Below are positions 29,300 through 38,528 of a DNA stretch of 64,000 nt, in pieces; within the stretch, counting starts at the first letter, position 1; each line of letters begins with the position of its first letter. The DNA is from Candidatus Eiseniibacteriota bacterium (GTDB lineage: Bacteria; Eisenbacteria; RBG-16-71-46; CAZAMP01). The notes below the pieces were generated by a model. That model saw only the letters and a list, made by a program, of their open reading frames with translations. It made no database searches and had not been told where the DNA came from. The stretch lies in contig OZ245046.1 of NCBI GenBank assembly GCA_965224245.1, positions 3,552,001 to 3,616,000 on the forward strand. Reading direction: 5' to 3'. The position numbers were made by a program, and so were the translations under genes.

Positions 29300-29992
29300 C
29301 TAGTTGTCGCGGGTCCCCTGATCGATCCAGTCCGAGATCAGGAGAATGTCCGCGGGGTCCATGGGCGCGCCACCGAACGGCATCTGCTCCCCGAACCCGG
29401 CCGTCCCCAGGAGCTTCCGGACGATCACGCTTCCCGGTCCGTCACGCCGCGTCACCACCGGACCGTGATCGCTGTCGCCGCGGAGCAGCTCTTCGCGTGT
29501 CCCGAGAACGAAGTTGCCGCTGCCGACTCCCGTGTGGCAGGCGTAGCATCCGTAGCGCGCGCTGAAAAAGAGCGGCTCCACGTCCGCTTCGTAGGACACG
29601 AGCGCGGGCGCCACCTCGAACGGTAGCCCGTCGGTGGCACCGCCGTCCCCCACGACGACGATGTCGCCCGAGATCGCGCCCTCGGGAACGATGACCCGGA
29701 TCTCGTCATCGGACCACGAGACCACCTGCGCGTCGACGCGCCCGGCCGCGCCGGAGAACGCCACCCGCCGATCCCTCCGTGCGTCGCCGAGGTCACGCCC
29801 GACGACCCGCACCGTGTCCCCGACCACGGTGCGCGCCGGCACGCCGGACGAGAGAACCCCCGCCGGCCCCGCCGGCGAGTCGGGCGCCGGCGTCGGCGCG
29901 GATCCCAGGTCGCCACAGCCGACCAGCCCGGCCACGGCGAGCGCGCCGAGCCCGGGCCGCACGGCACGTGCCCTTCGACGAGTCTCGATCAC
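29300..29992 (-). CDS. lipoprotein with IPT/TIG domain and C-terminal monoheme cytochrome c
   Basis: LVGC lipobox, VVSWSDDEIRVIVPEGAISG (IPT/TIG), GCYACH, QMPFGG (axial Met), WIDQG; GTG after GAGGAG. Confidence 0.82.
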   Translation of the reverse strand: MIETRRRARAVRPGLGALAVAGLVGCGDLGSAPTPAPDSPAGPAGVLSSGVPARTVVGDTVRVVGRDLGDARRDRRVAFSGAAGRVDAQVVSWSDDEIRVIVPEGAISGDIVVVGDGGATDGLPFEVAPALVSYEADVEPLFFSARYGCYACHTGVGSGNFVLGTREELLRGDSDHGPVVTRRDGPGSVIVRKLLGTAGFGEQMPFGGAPMDPADILLISDWIDQGTRDN

Positions 29993-30061
29993 TGTCGTCG
30001 CTCCTCGGCCATCCCTCGACGGTACCCGCATCCGGCGGGTGGCGGCACGGCTCCATCGAGT

Positions 30062-30089
30062 GGATGCGGGGGCGGCGGCGAAAAATACC
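30062..30089 (-). promoter_or_regulatory. putative ECF promoter copy 4 (G-GTATTT-N15-GCATCC) ahead of the cytochrome c lipoprotein
   Basis: Same spacing; lies just downstream of the EF-G terminator. Confidence 0.5.
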
Positions 30090-30124
30090 TGACGCTCGCG
30101 GACACGCCGGCGGCAGCGGACAGC

Positions 30125-30156
30125 AAGACGCCCCGAGCCGCCGGGCGGTCGGGGCG
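30125..30156 (-). terminator. hairpin terminator after the EF-G gene
   Basis: CGCCCCGA...TCGGGGCG stem followed by TCTT on the minus strand. Confidence 0.55.
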
Positions 30157-30195
30157 CATGCAGGTCGCGGCGTCGCGCGCCGCGGGCGGCGGAGG

Positions 30196-32214
30196 CTACT
30201 CCTCGTCCTTGTCCTCGAACTTGGCCACGATCTGCTCCTGCACGTCGCCGGGAACGAGATCGTAGTGCGAGAACTCGATCGTGTAGCTGCCCTCGCCGGC
30301 CGTCATCGAGCGGAGCGCCGCGGGGTAGGTCTGCACCTCGCCCATCGGAATCTGCGCCTTGATGATCTGGAGATCACCCTGGGTGTCCATGCCCATGACA
30401 CGACCGCGACGGCCGTTCAGGTCACCGGTGATGTCGCCCATGTACTGGGCCGGCACGGCGACCGTGAGGTTCACGATGGGCTCCAGGAGCTTGGGCTTGG
30501 CCTCCTTCACGGCCTTCTTGATCGCCTCGCGGCCGGCGGTCTTGAATGCGACCTCCTTCGAGTCGACCGGGTGATGCTTGCCGTCGTAGAGCCGGACGCA
30601 GAGATCGACGACCGGATACCCGGCGATGATCCCGTTGTCCATCTTCTCGCGAACGCCCTTCTCGACCGCCGGGATGAACACGCCGGGGATCACGCCGCCG
30701 ACGATCTCGTTGACGAACTCGAACCCGGCGCCCCGCTCCCGTGGCTCGACCTTGATGTAGATCTCGCCGAACTGCCCGGCCCCGCCGGTCTGCTTCTTGT
30801 GCCGGTGGTGGGCCTGAACGGGCAGCGTGATGGTCTCGCGATACGGGATCCGGGGCAGCGCCGTGTCGACCTCGACCTTGAACCGCTCCTTGAGCTGCTT
30901 GAGCATGAGCTCGAGATGCAGCTCGGAGATACCACGGACCACGAGCTCCTTGGTGTCCGGATCGTGCTCGGCCACGAACGTGGGATCGGACTCCGCGAGC
31001 TTGTGGAGCGCCTCTCCCATCTTCGTCTCGTCGTTTCGAGACTTCGGGGTGATGGCACGGACGACCATGGGCCTGGGGTACTGGACGCGGTCGAAGGCCA
31101 TCTTGTCGCTGGCCGTGATCGTGTCGCCGAAGCTGAGGTTGTCCACCTTCGCCAGCATCAGCACGTCGCCGGCCTCGGCCTTGCCCGCGGGCTTCGCGTC
31201 CTTGCCCACCACCTTCTGGAAATCGCCGACCTTCTGGGACTTGCCGATCTCGACGTTCATGACGTTGGCGCCGGGCTCGCACGAGCCCGACCACACGCGC
31301 AGGAACGCCTGCTTGCCGACGGCGCCGTGCTGGACGCGGAACACCTGCCCCGCGAAGGGCGCGTCCGGCTTTACCTCGACCGCGTCGTCGCCCTTCGATC
31401 CCTTCGGGAGACGCTCGGCGTCGAGCGGGGACGGGAAGTACTCGCAGACGCTCTCCAGGAACTTGTTGAACCCGAAGTCGGCGTTGAGGCCGGTGAACAG
31501 GATCGGGGTGAACGTCCGGCGGGCGATCGCCTTGGGCATGATGCGATGGATCGCGTCCATGCCGATGTCGCCCTCCTCGAGGTACTGCTCCATCAGGGCG
31601 TCGTCGGCCTCGACCGCGGCCTCGACCGCCTCCATGCGGTACTGCTCGACCTGGTCCTTCACCGCGGCGGGCGCGTTCGCGACGTCGAACACGCTCGCCA
31701 CGCCCTCGATGGCGGGGCCCCACCCCACCGGCATCTCGATCGGAATGCAGCGATCCCCGAACACCGAGCGGATCTTCTCCATCGTGTCCTCGAACGTCGT
31801 GTGCTCGGTGTCGATCTTGGTGACGACGATCACGCGGCCCTTGCCGAACTCCTCGGCCATCTCCCAGACCTTGCGCGTGTTCACGCCGATTCCGTCGCTC
31901 GCGGAGATCGTCACGCAGACCGTCTCGGCGACCGGGATGCAGTTGTAGACCTCGCCGATGAAGTCGGGGAAGCCGGGCGTGTCGATGAGCGTGATGTCGT
32001 GACCGCCGTGGGTGAAGGACGCGACCGCCGCGTAGATCGAGCTCTTGCGCTCCTTCTCGTTGTCCTCGTAGTCGAAGTGCGACGTGCCCTCGTCGACCTT
32101 GCCCTGGCGGTTGGTGATCTTGGCCTTGTGAAGGAGGGCGTCCGCGAGCGAGGTCTTGCCCGCGTGACCATGCCCAGCGAGGACGATATTGCGCTTCTTG
32201 GCGAGTTCCGCCAT
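30196..32214 (-). CDS. fusA2: elongation factor G paralog (EF-G II type)
   Basis: GHGHAGKTS, DTPGFPDF, ISELHLE, YRETI, HKKQTGGAGQFGE, DGKHHPVDS; not in an str operon. Confidence 0.92.
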   Translation of the reverse strand: MAELAKKRNIVLAGHGHAGKTSLADALLHKAKITNRQGKVDEGTSHFDYEDNEKERKSSIYAAVASFTHGGHDITLIDTPGFPDFIGEVYNCIPVAETVCVTISASDGIGVNTRKVWEMAEEFGKGRVIVVTKIDTEHTTFEDTMEKIRSVFGDRCIPIEMPVGWGPAIEGVASVFDVANAPAAVKDQVEQYRMEAVEAAVEADDALMEQYLEEGDIGMDAIHRIMPKAIARRTFTPILFTGLNADFGFNKFLESVCEYFPSPLDAERLPKGSKGDDAVEVKPDAPFAGQVFRVQHGAVGKQAFLRVWSGSCEPGANVMNVEIGKSQKVGDFQKVVGKDAKPAGKAEAGDVLMLAKVDNLSFGDTITASDKMAFDRVQYPRPMVVRAITPKSRNDETKMGEALHKLAESDPTFVAEHDPDTKELVVRGISELHLELMLKQLKERFKVEVDTALPRIPYRETITLPVQAHHRHKKQTGGAGQFGEIYIKVEPRERGAGFEFVNEIVGGVIPGVFIPAVEKGVREKMDNGIIAGYPVVDLCVRLYDGKHHPVDSKEVAFKTAGREAIKKAVKEAKPKLLEPIVNLTVAVPAQYMGDITGDLNGRRGRVMGMDTQGDLQIIKAQIPMGEVQTYPAALRSMTAGEGSYTIEFSHYDLVPGDVQEQIVAKFEDKDEE

Positions 32215-32585
32215 CTTTCCTCCTTGGACAGAGAAGCCGGCGCGAGGCCGGACGTAGCCGCTCGAAAGGTTGCTCGGTCGTCCGTCCGGCGCTCGGACGG
32301 CCGCGATTCAGAGCAACGCGCCACCCAGTGGCGAACGGGCCGGGGGCCGATTGACTGGCGTCAAGTGGCGTTCAGACAATGACTTAGGCCTGGAGTCGTC
32401 TTGGGCGGATGGGCATCCGAGTTCGAGACGAGCGCGAGTATAACGAAACGCTAGTCGACGACAAATCAATCTTCGCTCCGGGACCCGCTCGTGCGAACCC
32501 ATTCGCCAGCCTTCGACAAGCCTCCGGCGGCCCTGGGGCGGCCCCGGAGTCGGCCGATCGGTCCGGATCCGCGCGACGGTCGCCC

Positions 32586-33335
32586 GTGAGCCCGCCCCCC
32601 GCCGATCCGTGCGTGCTGGTGATCGTCCCCGCGCACCAGGAGGCCGCCAACGTGGGACGCGTGGTGGCGGACGTGCGCCACCACGTGCCCGCGGCCGACG
32701 TCGTGGTCGTGGACGACGGCTCCACCGATCGAACCGCCGCGGTGGCCGCGGACGCCGGCGCGGCGGTGCTCCGGCTACCGTTCAACCTCGGGGTCGGCGC
32801 CGCGATGCAGACGGGGTTTCGCATGGCCGTGCGGGACGGCTACGACATCGCGGTGCAGCTCGATGGGGACGGCCAGCACCCGGCCGAGGAGCTCCCGACC
32901 GTGCTGGAGCCGGTCGCGACCGGACGCGTCGACGTCGCGGTGGGAAGCCGGTACCTCGACCCCCTCGGATACGTGACGCCGGCCGGGCGGCGCGCCGGCC
33001 AGCGCTTCTTCTCGAGGCTCGTGAGCGGGCTCACCGCGCAGCGCTTCACGGACACCACGAGCGGCTTTCGCGCGTACTCGCGACCGGCGTTCTCGTTCCT
33101 GGCCACGAGCTACTCGCGCGACTATCCGGAGGTCAATGCGCTGGTCGCCCTCTGCCAGCACGGCTTCCGCGTGACCGAGGTGGCCGTGGCGATGCGCGAT
33201 CGGCAAGGAGGCACGTCGCACATCACGACCCGGCGCGCGATCTTCTACATGCTGAAGGTCTCGCTCTCGACACTCATGACGGCCGTCAGGCTCCGCTCTC
33301 GCGAGGGAGGCCAGCGGCGTTTGGACCGAACATGA
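32586..33335 (+). CDS. GT2 glycosyltransferase (polyprenol-phosphate sugar synthase-like)
   Basis: VIVPAHQE, VVDDGSTD, NLGVGAA, QLDGDGQH, DTTSGFRA; start codon uncertain. Confidence 0.9.
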   Translation: MSPPPADPCVLVIVPAHQEAANVGRVVADVRHHVPAADVVVVDDGSTDRTAAVAADAGAAVLRLPFNLGVGAAMQTGFRMAVRDGYDIAVQLDGDGQHPAEELPTVLEPVATGRVDVAVGSRYLDPLGYVTPAGRRAGQRFFSRLVSGLTAQRFTDTTSGFRAYSRPAFSFLATSYSRDYPEVNALVALCQHGFRVTEVAVAMRDRQGGTSHITTRRAIFYMLKVSLSTLMTAVRLRSREGGQRRLDRT

Positions 33336-35614
33336 ACCGACAGACCCTCGATCCGGCGCGCGTGCGCGCGCTCCTCGAAGACTCCGCCCGGCCGCTCAAG
33401 GCCAAGGAGATCGCACGCGAGCTCGGCGTCTCGACCTCCGACTACCGCAAGCTCAAGACCCTGCTCCGCGAGATGACGGCCACGGGAGACATCTACAAGG
33501 TGAAGCGCGGCCGCTACGCCCCGCCCGAGCGGATCAACGTCCTCGTGGGGCGGCTCGCCACGCGCAGCCGCCGAAACGCGACCGTGGTCACCGATGGCGG
33601 TGAGACCCTGTTCGTGGCCGCCGCCGGCGTCGGCAACGCGCTCGACGGGGACCGCGTCGCGGTCCGAGTGATCGATCCGAAGGCCAAGCCGCTCCCCGAG
33701 GCGGAGGTCATCCGCGTGATGGAGCACGCGCACACCGAGATCGTGGGCACGCTCTCGATCGACGGGCGCGTCGCGTCGGTGCGACCGGAGAACCCCAAGA
33801 TCCCACGCGACGTGTTGATCCCACCCGATGGGCTCGCAGACGCGAAGGACGGCGACCTCGTCACGGTGCGCATCGAGTCCTTCGGCGACGCGCGCACCAT
33901 GATGGTGGGCGCGGTCTCCGAGGTCCTCGGTCAGCGCGGCGACCCGGGCGTCGACGTGCTGATCGTCATGAAGGAGTTCGATCTCCCGCTCCGCTTTCCC
34001 GACGCCGTGGAGGCCGCCGCCGAGCGGCTTCCGGCGAGCCCCCGCCCGCGGGATCTGGCCGACCGCATGGATCTCACGGATCGCGTCGCGATCACGATCG
34101 ACCCGGTCGATGCCAAGGACTTCGACGACGCCCTGTCGATCCGCTCCCTCGGCGGCGGTCGGGTCGAGGTGGGGGTGCACATCGCCGACGTGAGCCACTA
34201 CGTGACGCCGGGCAGCGTGCTCGATCGGGAGGCCCACGCGCGCGCGACCAGCGTCTATCTGGTCGACCGCGTGGTCCCGATGCTGCCCGAGGCGCTCAGC
34301 AACCGCCTCTGCTCGCTGATCCCGAACGAGGATCGTCTCGCGTTCAGCGCGCTGTTCCGGATGACGTCCGACGGCGAGGTCTCGTCGGTGCGCTTCACGC
34401 CGTCGATCATCCACAGCCGGCGGCGCTTCGCGTATCAGGAGGTGCAGGCGTTGCTCGATGGCGGGCCGCCCGCCCCCGGCGACGCCGAGTTCGTGGAGCC
34501 GCTCCAGCGGCTCGCCGCCCTCTCGGACCGTCTCATCGCCAGGCGAACGGCGCGCGGCAGCCTCGACTTCGACCTCCCGGCCAGCCGGGTGATCCTCGAC
34601 GAGCACGGCATGCCGATCGACATCCAGAAGGTCGAGCGCCTGATGGCGCACCGTCTCGTGGAGTCGTTCATGCTGCTGGCGAACGAAGCCGTCGCGAAGC
34701 GACTGGCCACCCTCGAGATGCCGGGGCTGCATCGCGTGCACCAGGGCCCCGACGCGCTCGCGGTGAGCGAGCTGCGCGCGGCCCTGGCACGGTTCGGCGT
34801 CACGCTTCGCCTGACGAAGGACAAGTCGGTCACCCCGCGCGCGCTTCAGCGGGCGCTGGCCGAGGTGGCCGACCGACCAGAGGCCGAGGTGGTCAACACG
34901 CTCGTGCTGCGATCGATGAAGCGGGCGCTCTACGATGCCACCCCGCACGGACACTTCGGGCTGGCGGCGCGCCACTACACGCACTTCACCAGCCCGATCC
35001 GGCGCTACCCGGACCTGATCGTGCACCGCGTGCTGCGGGCCGCGTTGACTCACGGAGAGCCCCCGGTCGAGCGCGAGCTCGACATGCAGATGATCGCCGA
35101 ACACTGTTCGACGCGCGAGCGCAACGCCGAGGACGCCGAGCGGCAATCGGTCGAGCTGAAGAAGGTCCAGTTCATGGCCGAGCGCATCGGCGACGTCTTC
35201 GAGGGACGCATCGTCAGCGTGACCGTGTTCGGCTTCTTCGTCGAGCTGGACGCCTACCACGTGAACGGTCTGGTGCACGTGAACCGCCTGGGCGACGACT
35301 ACTACGCGTTCACCGAGGACACGCTGGCGCTGGTGGGCGAGCACACCGCGCGGCAGTTCCGCATCGGCGACCGCGTCACGGTCGAGGTGTCCCGGGCGGA
35401 TCTGGCGCGCCGTCAGATCGACTTCGACCTCGTCGAGGTGCTGACGCCGCGCCGCGGTGGCGGGCGCGCGTCGCGGAAGCGGCCGCCCGGCATCGGAGGC
35501 GACGGCGACGCAGCCCCGCACCCGCGCGGGTCCGAGGGCCGGCCGCGCGATGGCGTCGCCCACCGGCGTTCGCGTGGCCGAACGAAGGCAACTCGGCGAC
35601 GGCGCCGTTCGTAG
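33332..35614 (+). CDS. rnr: ribonuclease R
   Basis: TIDPVDAKDFDDALS, VHIADVSHYV, HFGLA..YTHFTSPIRRYPDL, S1 domain, basic tail. Confidence 0.96.
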   Translation: MNRQTLDPARVRALLEDSARPLKAKEIARELGVSTSDYRKLKTLLREMTATGDIYKVKRGRYAPPERINVLVGRLATRSRRNATVVTDGGETLFVAAAGVGNALDGDRVAVRVIDPKAKPLPEAEVIRVMEHAHTEIVGTLSIDGRVASVRPENPKIPRDVLIPPDGLADAKDGDLVTVRIESFGDARTMMVGAVSEVLGQRGDPGVDVLIVMKEFDLPLRFPDAVEAAAERLPASPRPRDLADRMDLTDRVAITIDPVDAKDFDDALSIRSLGGGRVEVGVHIADVSHYVTPGSVLDREAHARATSVYLVDRVVPMLPEALSNRLCSLIPNEDRLAFSALFRMTSDGEVSSVRFTPSIIHSRRRFAYQEVQALLDGGPPAPGDAEFVEPLQRLAALSDRLIARRTARGSLDFDLPASRVILDEHGMPIDIQKVERLMAHRLVESFMLLANEAVAKRLATLEMPGLHRVHQGPDALAVSELRAALARFGVTLRLTKDKSVTPRALQRALAEVADRPEAEVVNTLVLRSMKRALYDATPHGHFGLAARHYTHFTSPIRRYPDLIVHRVLRAALTHGEPPVERELDMQMIAEHCSTRERNAEDAERQSVELKKVQFMAERIGDVFEGRIVSVTVFGFFVELDAYHVNGLVHVNRLGDDYYAFTEDTLALVGEHTARQFRIGDRVTVEVSRADLARRQIDFDLVEVLTPRRGGGRASRKRPPGIGGDGDAAPHPRGSEGRPRDGVAHRRSRGRTKATRRRRRS

Positions 35615-35676
35615 CCGATTCCCGGGCTCCCACCCGCCGACGCTCGACTCACATCGTCTCGACAAGGAGGCCGAAC

Positions 35677-37719
35677 GTGTTGTGGTCCCGGCACCCCCTT
35701 GGCCGGCGAGCCGCGCTCGCCTGCATCACTCTCGCGTCCGCAGGCGGCACCGTACTCGCCGACACCCTCCCCCGGCTGGAGCCGGAATCGCTCTCCCACC
35801 CGTTGGAGTCCAAGCGCGGACTGTCACGATCCCCGCAGGTCCTCTCCACGCCCTTCGACGTCACCGCCTACGTGCTGGACGTCACCCTCGACTACGAGGA
35901 CGCCGGCATCGCGGGCAGCGTGGCCATCTCGGGCGTGACCACCGTCGCCACCGACCAGCTGTACGTGAACGCGGGCGAGAACCTGACGATCGACGCCGTT
36001 TCGGGCGTCGGCACGGCCAGCACCGAGCGGACCGCCGACACGGTCACGATCCTGCTCGACGACCCGCTGGGCGCGGGCGAGCCGTTCACCATGACGATCG
36101 ACTACCACGGTACCGGCAACGTGTTCGACGACTTCGGCCTGATGTTCCAGGAGAGCTCGCTGTCCGGCCCCAGCATCTGGACGTTCGTGGAGCCCGACGG
36201 CGCCCGGCTCTGGTGGCCGTGCGTGGATCGCCCCAGCGACAAGGCGCCGGTGTCGATGGCGGTCACGGTCCGTGACGACTTCGTGGTCAGCGCCAACGGT
36301 CGCCGCACGTCGGTCACGGACCTGGGCGACGGCACTGCGCGATGGACGTTCGAGCACGACTCCCCGATCGCCACGTACCTCGTGGTGCTGAACGCGGCTC
36401 CGTTCACCGTGATCGAGGACACCTGGGAGCGACCGGGTGAACCTCCGATGCCGATCCGGCACTACGTGTACTCGGATCCGGATTACGTCGCGGCCGCCAC
36501 CGAGGACTTCTCGATCACGCCGCTCGCGCTCGACTGGTGCTCGAGCTGGTTCGGCGAGTATCCGTTCACCGCCGACGGCTACGGCCACACGATCTTCCCG
36601 TGGGGCGGCGCCATGGAGCACCAGACCAACACGAGCTACGGGGCGGGCCTGATCACGGGTACGCACGACTTCGACAACATCCTGTTTCACGAGCTCGCGC
36701 ACCAGTGGTTCGGCGACCACGTCACACCCGGCACCTGGCGGGACATCTGGCTCAACGAGGGGTTCGCGACCTACTCCGAGGCGTTGATGTTCGAGGGTGC
36801 CTACGGACCGCCCGTGCTGCCGATCGTCATGGACATCTTCCGCCAGGTGTACTTTCTCTTCCACGAGGGGCCCGACCACGCGATCTGGAGCCCACCGGAC
36901 GGTCATCTCTTCTGCGTGGCCGAGTACTACAAGGCGTCGTTCATCCTGCACATGCTCCGTCGCGAGCTGGGAGAGACCGATTTCTTCGCCGCGCTCCGTA
37001 TGCACGTCGCCGAGCACGCGGGCGGCAACGTCGTCACCCGTGACTTCCAGGACACGGTCGAACAGGTGGCCGGACGCGACCTCTCGTGGTTCTTCGATCA
37101 GTGGATCACGGGCGAGGGTCACCCGAGCTTCGCCTACAGCTGGGCCGACGTTCCGGCCACACCGGACGGCGGAGGCCCCGGTCTCACGTCGACGAATCCG
37201 CGCGGCGACTCGGGCGTCGAGCTGACCATCGAGCAGACGCAGCCGTGGGCACCCTTCGCGGTACCGATGGACGTCCGCGTGTTCACGGCCGCCGGTGAGG
37301 TGAACGAGACGATCTGGATCGACCAGCGGACGACGGTCGCGACGATCGCGACACCGGCACCGGCCGACTCGATCCGGCTGGATCCGGATGCATGGGTGTT
37401 CGGCACGTTCGCCGACGAGACGGCGGCCGCGGTGGTCGGCGTTCCCACGACGCCCGCGGAGCTCGGGACCCGCGTGAGCCCGAACCCGTTCCGGAGCGGA
37501 ATGGCGATCTCGGTACCGCTCCGCGATCTGGGCCGAAGCGTGGCCGTACGGATCTTCGACGCTCGCGGCCGCGAGGTCCGCTCGCTCGCCTCGGAGACCG
37601 GCGAGCTGCGCTGGGACGGGGCCGATGCCACCGGCCGGCCGGTTGCGCCCGGTACGTACTTCATGCACGCTCACGGTCCGAACGGCCAGGCGACGACGAA
37701 GCTCGTCAAGACCGACTAG
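35677..37719 (+). CDS. secreted M1 aminopeptidase with FlgD-Ig/T9SS-like C-terminal domain
   Basis: GAMEH, HELAHQWFG...WLNEGFATY, tail SPNPF...WDG...PGTY. Confidence 0.93.
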   Translation: MLWSRHPLGRRAALACITLASAGGTVLADTLPRLEPESLSHPLESKRGLSRSPQVLSTPFDVTAYVLDVTLDYEDAGIAGSVAISGVTTVATDQLYVNAGENLTIDAVSGVGTASTERTADTVTILLDDPLGAGEPFTMTIDYHGTGNVFDDFGLMFQESSLSGPSIWTFVEPDGARLWWPCVDRPSDKAPVSMAVTVRDDFVVSANGRRTSVTDLGDGTARWTFEHDSPIATYLVVLNAAPFTVIEDTWERPGEPPMPIRHYVYSDPDYVAAATEDFSITPLALDWCSSWFGEYPFTADGYGHTIFPWGGAMEHQTNTSYGAGLITGTHDFDNILFHELAHQWFGDHVTPGTWRDIWLNEGFATYSEALMFEGAYGPPVLPIVMDIFRQVYFLFHEGPDHAIWSPPDGHLFCVAEYYKASFILHMLRRELGETDFFAALRMHVAEHAGGNVVTRDFQDTVEQVAGRDLSWFFDQWITGEGHPSFAYSWADVPATPDGGGPGLTSTNPRGDSGVELTIEQTQPWAPFAVPMDVRVFTAAGEVNETIWIDQRTTVATIATPAPADSIRLDPDAWVFGTFADETAAAVVGVPTTPAELGTRVSPNPFRSGMAISVPLRDLGRSVAVRIFDARGREVRSLASETGELRWDGADATGRPVAPGTYFMHAHGPNGQATTKLVKTD

Positions 37720-37735
37720 ACCCGAGCGCGGTGCG

Positions 37736-37761
37736 GCCCGGGCGACGGACGTCGCCCGGGC
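37736..37761 (+). terminator. GC-rich hairpin after the M1 peptidase
   Basis: GCCCGGGCGAC-GGAC-GTCGCCCGGGC perfect 11-bp stem; no U-tract. Confidence 0.55.
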
Positions 37762-37796
37762 GCATCGACGACCGGACCCTGAGCGCCACGGACGTC

Positions 37797-38528
37797 ATGT
37801 CGACACCCATCCCGCGACATCTCGACTGCGACCGGCGGGTCGCCGCGTGGATCGGCGAACGTGTCGCGACCGCCGGCCCTCCGAGCTGCACGGTCGGGTG
37901 CGCGCGATGCTGCCGCCAGGCGGTGACCGCCACGTCGGCCGAGGCCCTGGCCATCCTCGATGCCATCGAGCGGGTCGACGCGCACCCATCGGTTTGCTCG
38001 CGACGCACGGCAGGTCCCACGTCCTCCGCGGCGGGCTCACGCCTCGACGCCCTGGTCGCCCACGCCGCCGACGTGCGAGCGATCGCCCGCCGCGCGCCGA
38101 CGCCTCTCGAGGCTCGCCGGCGCATCGGGGCGATCGGGCCGTGCCCGCTCCTCGTCGACGATCGCTGCTCGGTCTACCAGAGCCGTCCGATCCCGTGCCG
38201 GACCCTTCACGTCTGGCACGCTCCCGATCGGTGCGGCCACGACGATCCGCGGGAGGAGGTGCCGCCGGAGCTGGATGCGATCCGGGACGACGCGATCGCG
38301 CGTTCGCTCCGCGACGAGGTCCTGGCCGGCCGGTGGCCGTTCTTCGGTCAGCTGACGGTGGTCACCGCGCTCGTGGCCGAGCACCGCGAGGAATACGTCG
38401 CCGGCGCCGACCTCCGCGGGGCGGTTCCGGCGGACGTCCGGCGGCTCGGGCTCGTGGAGTCTCTCGACACGCAGGATCGTGCGGGCCTCCTCGACGAGCC
38501 TCGCTCCGACGTCATCGACGAGCACTGA
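37797..38528 (+). CDS. YkgJ family cysteine-cluster (CxxxCxxCC) protein
   Basis: CTVGCARCC, CPLLVDDRCSVYQSRPIPCR. Confidence 0.85.
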   Translation: MSTPIPRHLDCDRRVAAWIGERVATAGPPSCTVGCARCCRQAVTATSAEALAILDAIERVDAHPSVCSRRTAGPTSSAAGSRLDALVAHAADVRAIARRAPTPLEARRRIGAIGPCPLLVDDRCSVYQSRPIPCRTLHVWHAPDRCGHDDPREEVPPELDAIRDDAIARSLRDEVLAGRWPFFGQLTVVTALVAEHREEYVAGADLRGAVPADVRRLGLVESLDTQDRAGLLDEPRSDVIDEH

